Part shown: one piece after another, positions 40,779 through 50,175 of the stretch | Layout: each line of letters begins with the position of its first letter | Numbering within the stretch: position 1 is the stretch's first letter | Assembly: GCA_965238175.1 (NCBI GenBank) | Contig: CBDEGZ010000003.1 | Coordinates: 608,001 to 672,000 of the forward strand | Reading direction: 5' to 3' | DNA length: 64,000 bases | DNA from: Gammaproteobacteria bacterium | GTDB taxonomy: Bacteria > Pseudomonadota > Gammaproteobacteria > CAJXQU01 | Program-made: the position numbers and the translations under genes | The notes under the pieces: generated by a model | Told to the model about the DNA's origin: nothing | What the model saw: the letters and a program-made list of their open reading frames with translations, nothing else | Databases searched by the model: none

Positions 40779-41569
40779 AAATACTAGTAGCAATAAAACA
40801 GGTCGCATCGCTTGATGATGAGTTCGAGTTGAGTGATGACGGTAAAGATGTTGATCACGATTATTGTGATTACGAAATAAATGAGTGGGATGACTATTCG
40901 CTTGAAGAAGCCTTGTTGATCAAAGAACGCTATGAAGGTGATTGCGAAGTTGTTGTTGTTACTGTTGGTGAGGAGCGTGCAGAGGATGAACTGCGTAAAT
41001 GTCTTGCCAAAGGTGCTGATCGCGGAATTAGGGTTTGGGATGATGCGATAAAAGGATCTGATCAAGTCGCTATTGGGAGAATTCTTGCGAAGGTTGCTGA
41101 ACAAGAACAACCGACAATGGTTTTTCTTGGAGTTCAAGCGTCTGATCATGCCTTTGCTCAGACAGGAATAACAGTAGCCGCTATGCTTGGCTGGCCTCAT
41201 ACCGCTGTTGTTACGAATCTCGAATACAATCTTGGTGATGACACAGCAACGTTACGACGCGAATTAGAAGGAGGGTTAGAAGAAGTTATTTCTATTGATT
41301 GTCCTGCCGTGCTCAGTATTCATCTTGGTATTAATGAACCACGCTATGCGTCTTTACGTGGTATCAAGCAAGCTGCCGCAAAACCTGTTGATGACATGAG
41401 TCATAAGGATTATGGACTTGGAAATAATGATGTTGGTGAGCAAGGAAGTGTTTCTCGTATTAGAGAAATGTATATACCAGAGAGAGCAAGAGCAACATTA
41501 ATCGAGGGAACTGCAGCTGAACAGGCCGAACGCCTTGCAGACATAATAAAAGAACATACTGGAGTATGA
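40775..41569 (+). CDS. etfB: Electron transfer flavoprotein beta subunit
   Basis: MKILVAIKQ, INEWDDYSLEEA, LAKGADR, RRELEGG, INEPRYASLRGI; resembles the TMADH-partner ETF. Confidence 0.95.
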   Translation: MKILVAIKQVASLDDEFELSDDGKDVDHDYCDYEINEWDDYSLEEALLIKERYEGDCEVVVVTVGEERAEDELRKCLAKGADRGIRVWDDAIKGSDQVAIGRILAKVAEQEQPTMVFLGVQASDHAFAQTGITVAAMLGWPHTAVVTNLEYNLGDDTATLRRELEGGLEEVISIDCPAVLSIHLGINEPRYASLRGIKQAAAKPVDDMSHKDYGLGNNDVGEQGSVSRIREMYIPERARATLIEGTAAEQAERLADIIKEHTGV

Positions 41570-42531
41570 GCATGAGTGAAATATTAATTATAGCCGAACA
41601 TCGGCAAGGCGAATTACGGCCGATGGTATTTGAATTGGTAGCGGTCGCTACGGATATAAAAAGAGATGGTGATAATATAGCCGTTGCTATTCTTGCAACT
41701 GAACCGCAAAAATATGTAGATGAATTAAGTGTTGAAGGAGTTGATGAGATTGTCACCATATCAGTGAGTTCTGAAGCCTTTCAACCGGATATTTATGAAA
41801 AAACAGTTCGTGTTCTGATTGAAGATCGTAAACCGTCCTTAGTATTGATCCCGCACAGTGTTGACGCGTGGGGTTATGCCCCAGCCCTGGGAGCAACAGG
41901 TGATTATGGTTTTGCAACGGATGTAATTAAGCTTCGTTACGAAGATGATGATCTTGTCGCCACTCGTGCGGCATACAAAGAAAAAGTTTATATGGATCTG
42001 GATTTTCCGAATAAGGAAACGGTTATTGTTACTGTCCGTGGTGGCACATTTAAGCCAATGGAAGGGTCAGCCTCTCCAGCGGTGACTATTTTTGCAGCAC
42101 CTGAAGTGAATGCGAGGTGCCAACATGTTAATTTTGTAGAGCCGGAAGACACTGGTGATGTGGATATTACACAGGCTGAATTTATGTTTTCTATTGGTAG
42201 AGGTATTGAAGAAGAAAGTAATGTTGAACAATTTGCAGAGTTGGCAGAAATGGTCGGTGCGACTTTGGGCTGCTCGAGACCCATTGCTGACAATGGTTGG
42301 TTACCCAAATCTCGACAGGTAGGACAGTCTGGAAAAACCGTATCAAGCTGTAAGCTTTATATTGCAAATGGCATTTCAGGCTCAGTGCAGCATATGGCGG
42401 GAATGAAACATGTGGAAGATATTGTTGCTATTAATACGGATCCTGAAGCATCTATTTTTACGGTTGCCAAGTATGGAATTGTTGCTGATATTTTTGATAT
42501 TGCAGAAGAATTACCTGTACATTTTGAATAA
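41566..42531 (+). CDS. etfA: Electron transfer flavoprotein alpha subunit
   Basis: GCSRPIADNGW, RQVGQSGKTV, GISGSVQHMAGM, AINTDPEASIF. Confidence 0.95.
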   Translation: MSMSEILIIAEHRQGELRPMVFELVAVATDIKRDGDNIAVAILATEPQKYVDELSVEGVDEIVTISVSSEAFQPDIYEKTVRVLIEDRKPSLVLIPHSVDAWGYAPALGATGDYGFATDVIKLRYEDDDLVATRAAYKEKVYMDLDFPNKETVIVTVRGGTFKPMEGSASPAVTIFAAPEVNARCQHVNFVEPEDTGDVDITQAEFMFSIGRGIEEESNVEQFAELAEMVGATLGCSRPIADNGWLPKSRQVGQSGKTVSSCKLYIANGISGSVQHMAGMKHVEDIVAINTDPEASIFTVAKYGIVADIFDIAEELPVHFE

Positions 42532-42553
42532 ATATTAAAAGAGAATAAAGATA

Positions 42554-43360
42554 ATGAATGCCGAGATAAAGACTAAGCCTGAACAGATTTCACAAATGAC
42601 CGATGTCCAGGCTGGGATCGATTTGAGAAGTCTTGAGATCCAGAGAGTTGGAATTAAAGATTTAACTTACCCTCTTATATTCGAGGATAAACAAGGCGTC
42701 CAACAAACCCGTGCAAATTGTAACCTCTATGTGAAATTAGCAGCGGATCAACGGGGTACGCATATGTCACGCTTTATTGATCTAATGAATCAACATTGTG
42801 ATGAGATGAGTATCGAAAAGTTTAATCTTTTACCTGAAGAAGTTGCAGATTTATTAGATGCCTCATCTAGTAGAGTTGAACTTAACTTTACTTTTTTCCG
42901 CTGGAAAGAAGCACCAATATCTGGGATCAATTCCGCAATGGATTATGATGTCACTCTAACAGGTGAATTTGATGGTGAAAAAAGCACAATAATAAAAGTT
43001 GCAGTGCCGGCTACTAGTTTATGTCCTTGTTCTAAAAAGATATCGGATTTTGGTGCGCATAATCAACGATCATTAATATCGATCACCGTAAAGGTTACTG
43101 AACCAATATGGATTGAAGATATTATCGAAATTGCAGAGCGTAATGCTTCGGCTGAAGTATTTGGATTAATAAAACGAGACGATGAGAAATATTTAACAGA
43201 ACATGCTTATAATAATCCAAAATTTGTAGAAGATATTGTTCGTGATGTTGCGCTTAACTTACAACAAGATAGTCGTATCTCTGGCTATATAGTGGAAACG
43301 GAAAACTTTGAATCGATCCATAATCATTCGGCATATGCGATGATTGACCAAATGAATTAG
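42554..43360 (+). CDS. folE2: GTP cyclohydrolase IB
   Basis: DVQ, RGTHMSRF, TSLCPCSK, GAHNQRS, NPKFVED, ESIHNH. Confidence 0.95.
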   Translation: MNAEIKTKPEQISQMTDVQAGIDLRSLEIQRVGIKDLTYPLIFEDKQGVQQTRANCNLYVKLAADQRGTHMSRFIDLMNQHCDEMSIEKFNLLPEEVADLLDASSSRVELNFTFFRWKEAPISGINSAMDYDVTLTGEFDGEKSTIIKVAVPATSLCPCSKKISDFGAHNQRSLISITVKVTEPIWIEDIIEIAERNASAEVFGLIKRDDEKYLTEHAYNNPKFVEDIVRDVALNLQQDSRISGYIVETENFESIHNHSAYAMIDQMN

Positions 43361-43415
43361 AGAAGGTGAATTAGAGAAGATGTAGTAGGCAAAGTTTAAG
43401 GATGAAACACGATTT

Positions 43416-44114
43416 ATGATTTCTACAATAACGATCGATCTTGATGACACGCTTTGGGATAATAAGCCAACGTTAGAATATGCCGAAAATGTTTTACATG
43501 ATTGGTTACAAATAAATGTTCCATTGCTGGCGGCTCAAAATTCAATTGAGGATATGAAACAACATCGTCAAGAAATCTCAAATGAAGATCAAAAATTAAG
43601 CCACGACATGACACTGTTACGTAGTGAATCATTATTGCGTTTATCTAAGGATTTAGGTTATTCAGAGGACATTATAAATGAGGCAATGGATGTTTTTTTG
43701 CAAGCCAGAAATAATGTAAAACTCTATGATGATGTATTATTGTTTCTTGAGGAAAGCCAAAAAAATTATCAACTCGTAGCATTAAGTAATGGTAATGCTG
43801 ATGTAAATGCAATTGGGATAGGGAAATATTTTTCTAGAACATTCTCGCCTGCAGATATGGGAACATCAAAACCTGATCCAGCAATGTTTTATTATGTATT
43901 TGATCAGATGAGTATCGAAGCAGATTCAGTATTACATATAGGAGATGAACCAAAAACAGATGTGCTCGGAGCTGCGGCTGCTGGAGTTCGTTGTATCTGG
44001 ATTAATCGGAATAATATGCGGTTGCCAGAAGAGATTTCACAGCCGGAAATGGAAATATCATCACTCGCTCAACTTACTCCTTTGAGTGAAGCGATTCGGG
44101 ATTTATGTAAATAG
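43416..44114 (+). CDS. HAD-family hydrolase (YigB/YjjG-like)
   Basis: DLDDTLWD, LSNGNAD, KPDP, HIGD...DV.GA. Confidence 0.85.
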   Translation: MISTITIDLDDTLWDNKPTLEYAENVLHDWLQINVPLLAAQNSIEDMKQHRQEISNEDQKLSHDMTLLRSESLLRLSKDLGYSEDIINEAMDVFLQARNNVKLYDDVLLFLEESQKNYQLVALSNGNADVNAIGIGKYFSRTFSPADMGTSKPDPAMFYYVFDQMSIEADSVLHIGDEPKTDVLGAAAAGVRCIWINRNNMRLPEEISQPEMEISSLAQLTPLSEAIRDLCK

Positions 44115-44123
44115 GTGATAATT

Positions 44124-45349
44124 TGTAGAAATTCAGATTTGATCTGACAGTTACCCAATTATCAGTAACCGACTGTCAGGTTAAGTTTAATTCACAAACT
44201 TTTCCTTCCAGATAGCTTGTCCGTCGATGAGTGTTTCCATCGGCGTCCTCCCGCAGCACATTTTGCCTTGGTGAGTTCGTTGAGTATTGTATTTGAGCAA
44301 CCATTCGTCAAGGTCGAGTTGCAGTTCATCAATCGATTGGTAAATTTTCTTACGCAAAGCGACTTGATAAAACTCATTGAGGATCGTCTTATGGAATCGC
44401 TCACAAATACCATTCGTCTGAGGTGATTTGACCTTGGTTTTGGTGTGTTCGATATTGTTCAACGCCATATAAAGCTGATAATCATGCTGGTCAGCTCGCC
44501 CACAATACTCCGTCCCTCTATCTGTCAAAATGCGCAACATAGGCAAACGTTGTTGTTCGTAGAATGGGAGGACGCGGTCATTGAGCATGTCAGCTGCCGT
44601 AATCGGTGTTTTAGTCGGGTACAGTTTCGCGTGAGCGACCTTGCTGTAAGTATCAACAAACGTTTGTTGATAAACCCGACCAATGCCTTTGAAAGTACCG
44701 ACATAGTAAGTATCTTGCGAGCCAAGATAACCAGGGTGTGCCGTCTCTATCTCGCCACAAGCCTCATCGTCGTCTTTTTTGCGTTCCATCGCCGCGACTT
44801 GAGACTCAGTGAGGATCAAGCCTTCACCAGCTACCTTATCAGACAATGCCTTCAGGCGATCTTTAAAGCAAGCAAGACCATGACGAAGCCAGATACAACG
44901 AACGCCACTGGGTGAGACAAATGTTCCCCGTTTGCGCAGCTCGTTACTGGTGCGCGTTTGACCATGTGCGGGCTCTTCCAGTGCATACTCGAGCACAACG
45001 GTTTCAATAGCCGGGTCGATTCTGTTTTTAAGATTTGGGGTACGCCGATTACGATCAAACAAGGCTTCTACACCGCCTTCATCAGCCGCTTCTTTGTAGC
45101 GATAAAATGTATCTCTGGACAAACCCATCATCTTGCAGGCTTTTGAGACATTGCCGAGTTCTTCAGCGAGATTGAGTAGACCAACTTTATGTTTTATAAC
45201 TTTGTCATTAGTATGAATCATGAGAGTTACCTCTTTGTGTTTTGATGTTTACGTTGCAGTTACATCAAAGCGGGTAACTCTCACTAAATCAAGCGTCGCT
45301 ACGCTCCGCTTGATTTAGTGATGTGTCAGATTGGGTCTAAACTTCTACA
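44124..45349 (-). mobile_element. IS481-family insertion sequence, copy 1
   Basis: TGT...ACA ends with imperfect TIRs (TGTAGAAATTCAGATTTGATCTGACA / TGTCAGATTGGGTCTAAACTTCTACA); duplicated at 62937. Confidence 0.93.
44187..45221 (-). CDS. IS481-family DDE transposase
   Basis: GNVSKAC HTH, GSQDTYY, LTDRGTEY, SPQTNGICERFHKT. Confidence 0.95.
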   Translation of the reverse strand: MIHTNDKVIKHKVGLLNLAEELGNVSKACKMMGLSRDTFYRYKEAADEGGVEALFDRNRRTPNLKNRIDPAIETVVLEYALEEPAHGQTRTSNELRKRGTFVSPSGVRCIWLRHGLACFKDRLKALSDKVAGEGLILTESQVAAMERKKDDDEACGEIETAHPGYLGSQDTYYVGTFKGIGRVYQQTFVDTYSKVAHAKLYPTKTPITAADMLNDRVLPFYEQQRLPMLRILTDRGTEYCGRADQHDYQLYMALNNIEHTKTKVKSPQTNGICERFHKTILNEFYQVALRKKIYQSIDELQLDLDEWLLKYNTQRTHQGKMCCGRTPMETLIDGQAIWKEKFVN

Positions 45350-45484
45350 TATAATCTTGTACAAGAATAACCTATTACTCAACGGGAATGGGTAAAAACA
45401 ACTTGTTTATAATCTTAGTAAATATCTTAAATTTATTGTCATGTATCCGTCTGAATCAATTTTTTGTATAGCGTAAACTTTTGT

Positions 45485-46201
45485 TTATAGTTGTAATGGT
45501 CTCGGAAAATAAAATTCTTTGGTCAATCCAGTGGACTTATATAACAAGGCAGTACGCTTTCCACTTTGTTTATTACCTCCGGTAGGTTCGACGACTCTAG
45601 CACTCAAGACTCTTCTCCTGAAGGATTTTGTTTGCAGGGTTTTATCTAAAATTGTTTCAAAAATTTGTTGTAGTTCGGTTAAGGTGAATTCTTCTGGGAG
45701 TAAAGCAATTGGAAGAGCGGTGTAACAGGTTTTTGATTTGAGTCTTTCAACAGCTTTATAGAGCAGCTCATTATGATCAAAAGCCAAGTTGTTTTGCCTA
45801 GCTTGGTTGACGGGACTCCATTGAGTTTCTTCACTAGACTCATTAAGCCGAACTTTTTCAATATCAATCAGGGCAAAATACAATACTGTGGTAGACCAAC
45901 CTCTGGGATCGCGTGTTGTATTCCCAATACTTTCAATTTGTTCTAAGTATGGAGATGAAATGCCCGTCTTTGCGAGTAAGTTTCGGTGTGCAGTGTCATC
46001 TAGTGAATGATCATTTTTTAAATCAACAAATCCACCTGGAAGTGACCACTCACCTAGTGAAGGGTGTTCGCTCCGCTTAACTAAAAGGACATTCAATTGA
46101 TGATCAATGATGGAGAAAATGCTCATATCAACTGATGTTAAAGGTACATCATAGTCATGGATGTTGTAAGCAGCTAAAAATTCTTTTTCAGTAGTCGACA
46201 T
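45485..46201 (-). CDS. nrtR: NrtR: Nudix plus wHTH regulator of NAD metabolism
   Basis: WSLPGGF, YLEQ, RDPRGW, LAFDH, FTLTELQ..FE.IL..SFRRR. Confidence 0.9.
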   Translation of the reverse strand: MSTTEKEFLAAYNIHDYDVPLTSVDMSIFSIIDHQLNVLLVKRSEHPSLGEWSLPGGFVDLKNDHSLDDTAHRNLLAKTGISSPYLEQIESIGNTTRDPRGWSTTVLYFALIDIEKVRLNESSEETQWSPVNQARQNNLAFDHNELLYKAVERLKSKTCYTALPIALLPEEFTLTELQQIFETILDKTLQTKSFRRRVLSARVVEPTGGNKQSGKRTALLYKSTGLTKEFYFPRPLQL

Positions 46202-46232
46202 ATTTCTATTAATAAAAGTTTATAAATAATAT

Positions 46233-46261
46233 TTAAGGAACCCCATCTAGAGGTTCCTTAA
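46233..46261. repeat. Short palindrome; terminator or collapsed MITE
   Basis: TTAAGGAACC-CCATCTAGA-GGTTCCTTAA; ends resemble the TIRs of the 34.4-kb MITEs. Confidence 0.45.
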
Positions 46262-46269
46262 ACGTTAGC

Positions 46270-47757
46270 TTATGATATCTCAAGAGCCAGTGATGCTCTA
46301 ATCTCATTTATAGAAATTTCTTTTACTAAGTTACCATCTTCAAATACAACACTAAGTTCACCTTCCTGTTCTTGTTCAGTAGTTTGTCTATCAAATAATT
46401 GGTAGCCCTGATCTGTTTTTTCTATCCTCATCAAACCAGCAGCCGACTTTTTATCTCCTTGATCTGTAATGGGATCTTTAAATATCTCACGGCTTTCACC
46501 ATTGACTTGGCCCCAGGTACCTTTAATGGCAAATCCAAAACTATCACGGGTGATATATTGATAGGTATAGCTGCCAATACCGAAAACGATATTTGTTGAG
46601 GCAAATCTTTTCGCTTCTAACTGTTCCAATATATCGTTAGCGCGTTGTAAGGTAATAGAATCTCCATAAATCAAACCGACTCGTTCATTCAAAAGTTTAT
46701 AACCTTTTTCGGTAGTTGTGCCGGAAAAAATATCCCACAAACATTCAACTGCACCTTTGTATTGAGGTGAGCCTTCTTCCGCATCTGGATCGCCGCAAAT
46801 AACTTTTACCGGGTCACCACTATCGGGTCTGAACACAACTTTGGCTAAGCCTAAACTATTTTCTTTACGCCCAAGAATATCTGCTTTAAGTTCTACTGAA
46901 TATTCAGTAATAACTTTCCAAAAATCCCAGGTATCAGACACTATGCTGACGATGCCTGTTGGATAGAGATCATTGATCAGACGTTTAAATGTTCCAATCT
47001 CATCTTCTTTGGTACCCATGCACATGACGCTGTGTTCTGTCGCAGGTACAGAGACACCGATTATGCCGTCAGCATTATAATAATCTTCAGCGTAGTCTAT
47101 GGCAGCGACAGTATCGGTGCCGATAAAACTAGTTAAGTGACCTATGCCTGATTGTGCGGCATCCGCTATTCCACTCATACCTCGCGAGCTGAAGTCATGG
47201 CCTTGTAAAGCAACAAAATCGATAGGTGATCCCGTTTTAACTGCATATCTGGTTAAGAGTTTTTTATACTCATAGGCGATAGTGGCAGTCGTGCAGGGTT
47301 TCCATACTTCGGCGCTGATGCTTGTCTCAATATAATTAGTCAACCAATAAAATTCGGGCAGAGTATTAATCACTGTAAACATAGGTACTTTTATATTGAC
47401 GCGACTTCCTTCTGGTAATGCCTTTATCTTTAAAGGCAGATGGCCGAGATCGTGTAAGGCTTCAAAGTGATCTACACCTACTGCATTTTCACCTAAAGAG
47501 GTATCCATGCGGTGTTTATATTTTGCAATGACTTTTGCTTTTGGTTTGTTAAAAAATTCTCTATTCCATTGCTCAATTAAAATATTTTTGATAAATCCTT
47601 GTAAGCCGACGAAAACAACACGATCATCAAACCCATCTAAAACAGGGGCTAGGCGAGATGACCTGGGAGTAAAGTTTGAATAAACATACTCGGTTCCTTC
47701 TGGGTATTGACGTCTGTGATCTGCTTTATAAAAATCTATTGCCATAAGAGGGTTCAT
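46270..47757 (-). CDS. nadV: Nicotinamide phosphoribosyltransferase family protein
   Basis: DFYKADH..QYP, YSNFTPRS, HDFSSRG, PATEHSVM, SIVSDTWD, RPDSGDP, IYGDSI, GIGSYTYQ. Confidence 0.92.
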   Translation of the reverse strand: MNPLMAIDFYKADHRRQYPEGTEYVYSNFTPRSSRLAPVLDGFDDRVVFVGLQGFIKNILIEQWNREFFNKPKAKVIAKYKHRMDTSLGENAVGVDHFEALHDLGHLPLKIKALPEGSRVNIKVPMFTVINTLPEFYWLTNYIETSISAEVWKPCTTATIAYEYKKLLTRYAVKTGSPIDFVALQGHDFSSRGMSGIADAAQSGIGHLTSFIGTDTVAAIDYAEDYYNADGIIGVSVPATEHSVMCMGTKEDEIGTFKRLINDLYPTGIVSIVSDTWDFWKVITEYSVELKADILGRKENSLGLAKVVFRPDSGDPVKVICGDPDAEEGSPQYKGAVECLWDIFSGTTTEKGYKLLNERVGLIYGDSITLQRANDILEQLEAKRFASTNIVFGIGSYTYQYITRDSFGFAIKGTWGQVNGESREIFKDPITDQGDKKSAAGLMRIEKTDQGYQLFDRQTTEQEQEGELSVVFEDGNLVKEISINEIRASLALEIS

Positions 47758-48605
47758 TTTTTTGCTCCTGAGTTTGTACTAAATTTAATTACAGTTAGTT
47801 TTTTATTTTCCTGATTAGGGAAGCTATCTGTGGTAAATACGTGGTCAATCAATCCATCGAATACATCTAAACCTTTACTAAAGATCCCGTGAGTGACAAA
47901 TAAGATGACTTTGCCAACATTTTTTTTATGTAATTGTTCTGCAATTTTTATGAAGGTATATCCTCCATCGCAGATGTCATCTGTAATGACGGCAACTGCA
48001 TTGCTCAAATCATCCGCTAACACATCGGTATGATTAATTTTTCCTGTCGCGGGATCTCGTTTTTTTTCACAATAAATAATTTCTTCTATTCCCAAACTTT
48101 CCTTGATCTGTAAACATCTGCTTCTTGCCCCTTTATCTGGACAGATCAAGACAGTATCTGGAGCGGATAATAAGGTGAGCAACTCATCATTGCTTTGAAT
48201 GATCTCTGTAGGTGAAATATTCTTGGCATTAGTCATCTCAACACCAACTTCGCTATGACAATCCCAAGTGACAAGTTGATCTATTGCCATGGTCTGTATG
48301 AGACGAGTGATCACTTCAAGTGAAAAGGCTTGTCCCTGTGAACAGACTCTATCCTGACGGGAATAGGGCAGGTAAGGCAATTCCAGATTGATGCTTACCT
48401 GTCCTGAGTATTGATTTTGCAACGCATTTTCTACAAGCAATAAGTCCATCAAATCATTACTGGTTAAAATGTTGGCTTGTATCGTAATTGGGCCTGTAAT
48501 CTGGTCTGGTAAATCAGATAACTCGACATGTCTTTCGCCGCCCGAAAAGCCAATGGTTTTCACTCTTATTTGTTGGTTACTAGTCGTATTTATTTGTAAT
48601 GACAT
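47754..48605 (-). CDS. prs: Ribose-phosphate pyrophosphokinase-like protein
   Basis: FSGGERHV, PYLPYSRQDRVC, DCHS, PDKGA, DDICDGGYTF, VTHGIFSKG. Confidence 0.88.
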   Translation of the reverse strand: MSLQINTTSNQQIRVKTIGFSGGERHVELSDLPDQITGPITIQANILTSNDLMDLLLVENALQNQYSGQVSINLELPYLPYSRQDRVCSQGQAFSLEVITRLIQTMAIDQLVTWDCHSEVGVEMTNAKNISPTEIIQSNDELLTLLSAPDTVLICPDKGARSRCLQIKESLGIEEIIYCEKKRDPATGKINHTDVLADDLSNAVAVITDDICDGGYTFIKIAEQLHKKNVGKVILFVTHGIFSKGLDVFDGLIDHVFTTDSFPNQENKKLTVIKFSTNSGAKK

Positions 48606-48617
48606 AACTACCTCTCA

Positions 48618-48664
48618 TATATTGTCTCTGTGACATTATATCTAATACTGACACATAGACAGTA
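48618..48664. promoter_or_regulatory. Two candidate NrtR operators
   Basis: Palindromes ATATTGTC-N5-GACATTAT and TACTGAC-N5-GACAGTA just upstream of prs; fit the GT-N7-AC NrtR core (second with one mismatch). Confidence 0.55.
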
Positions 48665-48949
48665 TAAATGTCAAATAGATTATTACTGTGTAGAGACGTT
48701 TATTAGTACATCGTGCACTTTTAGTATGCCGAGGTGTTTAGATCTGAACTGTAATATGGTTCCAAACTTACGGTTGGTGTATGCAGGGATAGAAGGATCG
48801 ACGTTACAAAGACATGTGCCGTATAGTGATGATCCAGATAAGGAGATGAAAACTTCCAGTTAAAGATTAAAAACCATTCCAAATGGAATTTCTAAGGCTA
48901 TAATGACAATGCTAAATTATATATCATAATATTATTATAAATAATAAAA

Positions 48950-50044
48950 CTACCTGACATATCCATGATCAACCCTGTAGGTGGGTAAAAAAGAGGCCGG
49001 TGCTAGAGATGTATCAAGATCGATATTATCGACGTTAGTTTCATCAACCAAAACAATTTTTGGTCCCGCGTGTTTCACGTAATCTTTTTCTTCAAGAACA
49101 CGAACTGCTTGAATGATAGATAATCTCCCTTGAGCAACCGGTGAATCTGTTGGGGCAGCTAAGATACGATGTCGTTTGATTCCACGGTAAATTCCGTGTG
49201 TTAGATAAGTAGAGAGTATTCCAATTTTATCTGTCAGTTTTTCTCTTCTTAAAATACTGACAGCCGCTTCAGCCGCTGGAGCATTGCCGACAATATAATC
49301 TATGTTTTGATTGGTTGCTTCTAATGCTTCTTGTATTAATGTCCGTTGGATTTCTTTCCCAGTGTCACCCCATCTCACATCGACAATATTAATTGCGCCA
49401 TTTGCAATACCACTACGGAATCCTTGATCGATGTAGGGAACCCATCCAGATCCTGTCGGTCCAGGTAGCCAACTTATATTGACTGGTGAACTTCCTTTAG
49501 GGTGTTTTTCAGCTAAATATTTACCAACACTTTTTCCCATGGAAAACCACGATACACCCGACTTGGCTGATATACCTTCATTACTAATATCGTTTACAGT
49601 GGCGAGTACAGGAATATTTTTTGCAATTTTAGTTAAAGTAGAAGATAAACCAGAAAATGAAACGGTACCCACGACTAAAGCATCAGTGGAATTTTTCACA
49701 CAATCTTCAACTTGTTTTTTTTGACGCTCTAAATTGGGGTAACCACCTGCATCAACTATTGCTAACGACAAGCCCAGTCGTTTAGCTTCTTCAACCATTC
49801 CATAATTAACACTCAACCAGTAGTTATCTTTCATGTGAGGGTAAGAAGCGCAAATCTTCCAATGCTTTTTTGCTGCCTCTATAGGTTGATACGCAACTAT
49901 TTTAGAAGGACTGTCAAAGTTGAAAGGTTCCTCTGGAACTTCTAATTCCCAGGTTTGTGCAAAAAGTTTTACAGTAATAAAGGTTAGCGCTATGACGAAT
50001 GAAAAGAAGATGGAACGCGAGTAGACTACAGGGAAGGAGTGCAT
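48950..50044 (-). CDS. torT: Periplasmic TMAO-binding sensor partner TorT
   Basis: WKICASYPHMKDNYWLSVNYGMVEEA, AGGYPNL, GVSW.SMG, WGDTGKEIQR, LSTYLTHGIYRG, APTD. Confidence 0.92.
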   Translation of the reverse strand: MHSFPVVYSRSIFFSFVIALTFITVKLFAQTWELEVPEEPFNFDSPSKIVAYQPIEAAKKHWKICASYPHMKDNYWLSVNYGMVEEAKRLGLSLAIVDAGGYPNLERQKKQVEDCVKNSTDALVVGTVSFSGLSSTLTKIAKNIPVLATVNDISNEGISAKSGVSWFSMGKSVGKYLAEKHPKGSSPVNISWLPGPTGSGWVPYIDQGFRSGIANGAINIVDVRWGDTGKEIQRTLIQEALEATNQNIDYIVGNAPAAEAAVSILRREKLTDKIGILSTYLTHGIYRGIKRHRILAAPTDSPVAQGRLSIIQAVRVLEEKDYVKHAGPKIVLVDETNVDNIDLDTSLAPASFLPTYRVDHGYVR

Positions 50045-50175
50045 AACTAACTAAGACTCTGAGTAATATTAGATGATTCTATACCTGCAGTTTATAAAGT
50101 AAAGTAACAAGGATGATAGGTTAAATTATTAATATTGATTAGTCTTACATCTTATAAAATAATTCTCGTTTATTT

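Noticed and set aside
48630-48863. 77-aa ORF between prs and torT
   Set aside because: GTG start overlaps the NrtR operators, no RBS, no recognisable features
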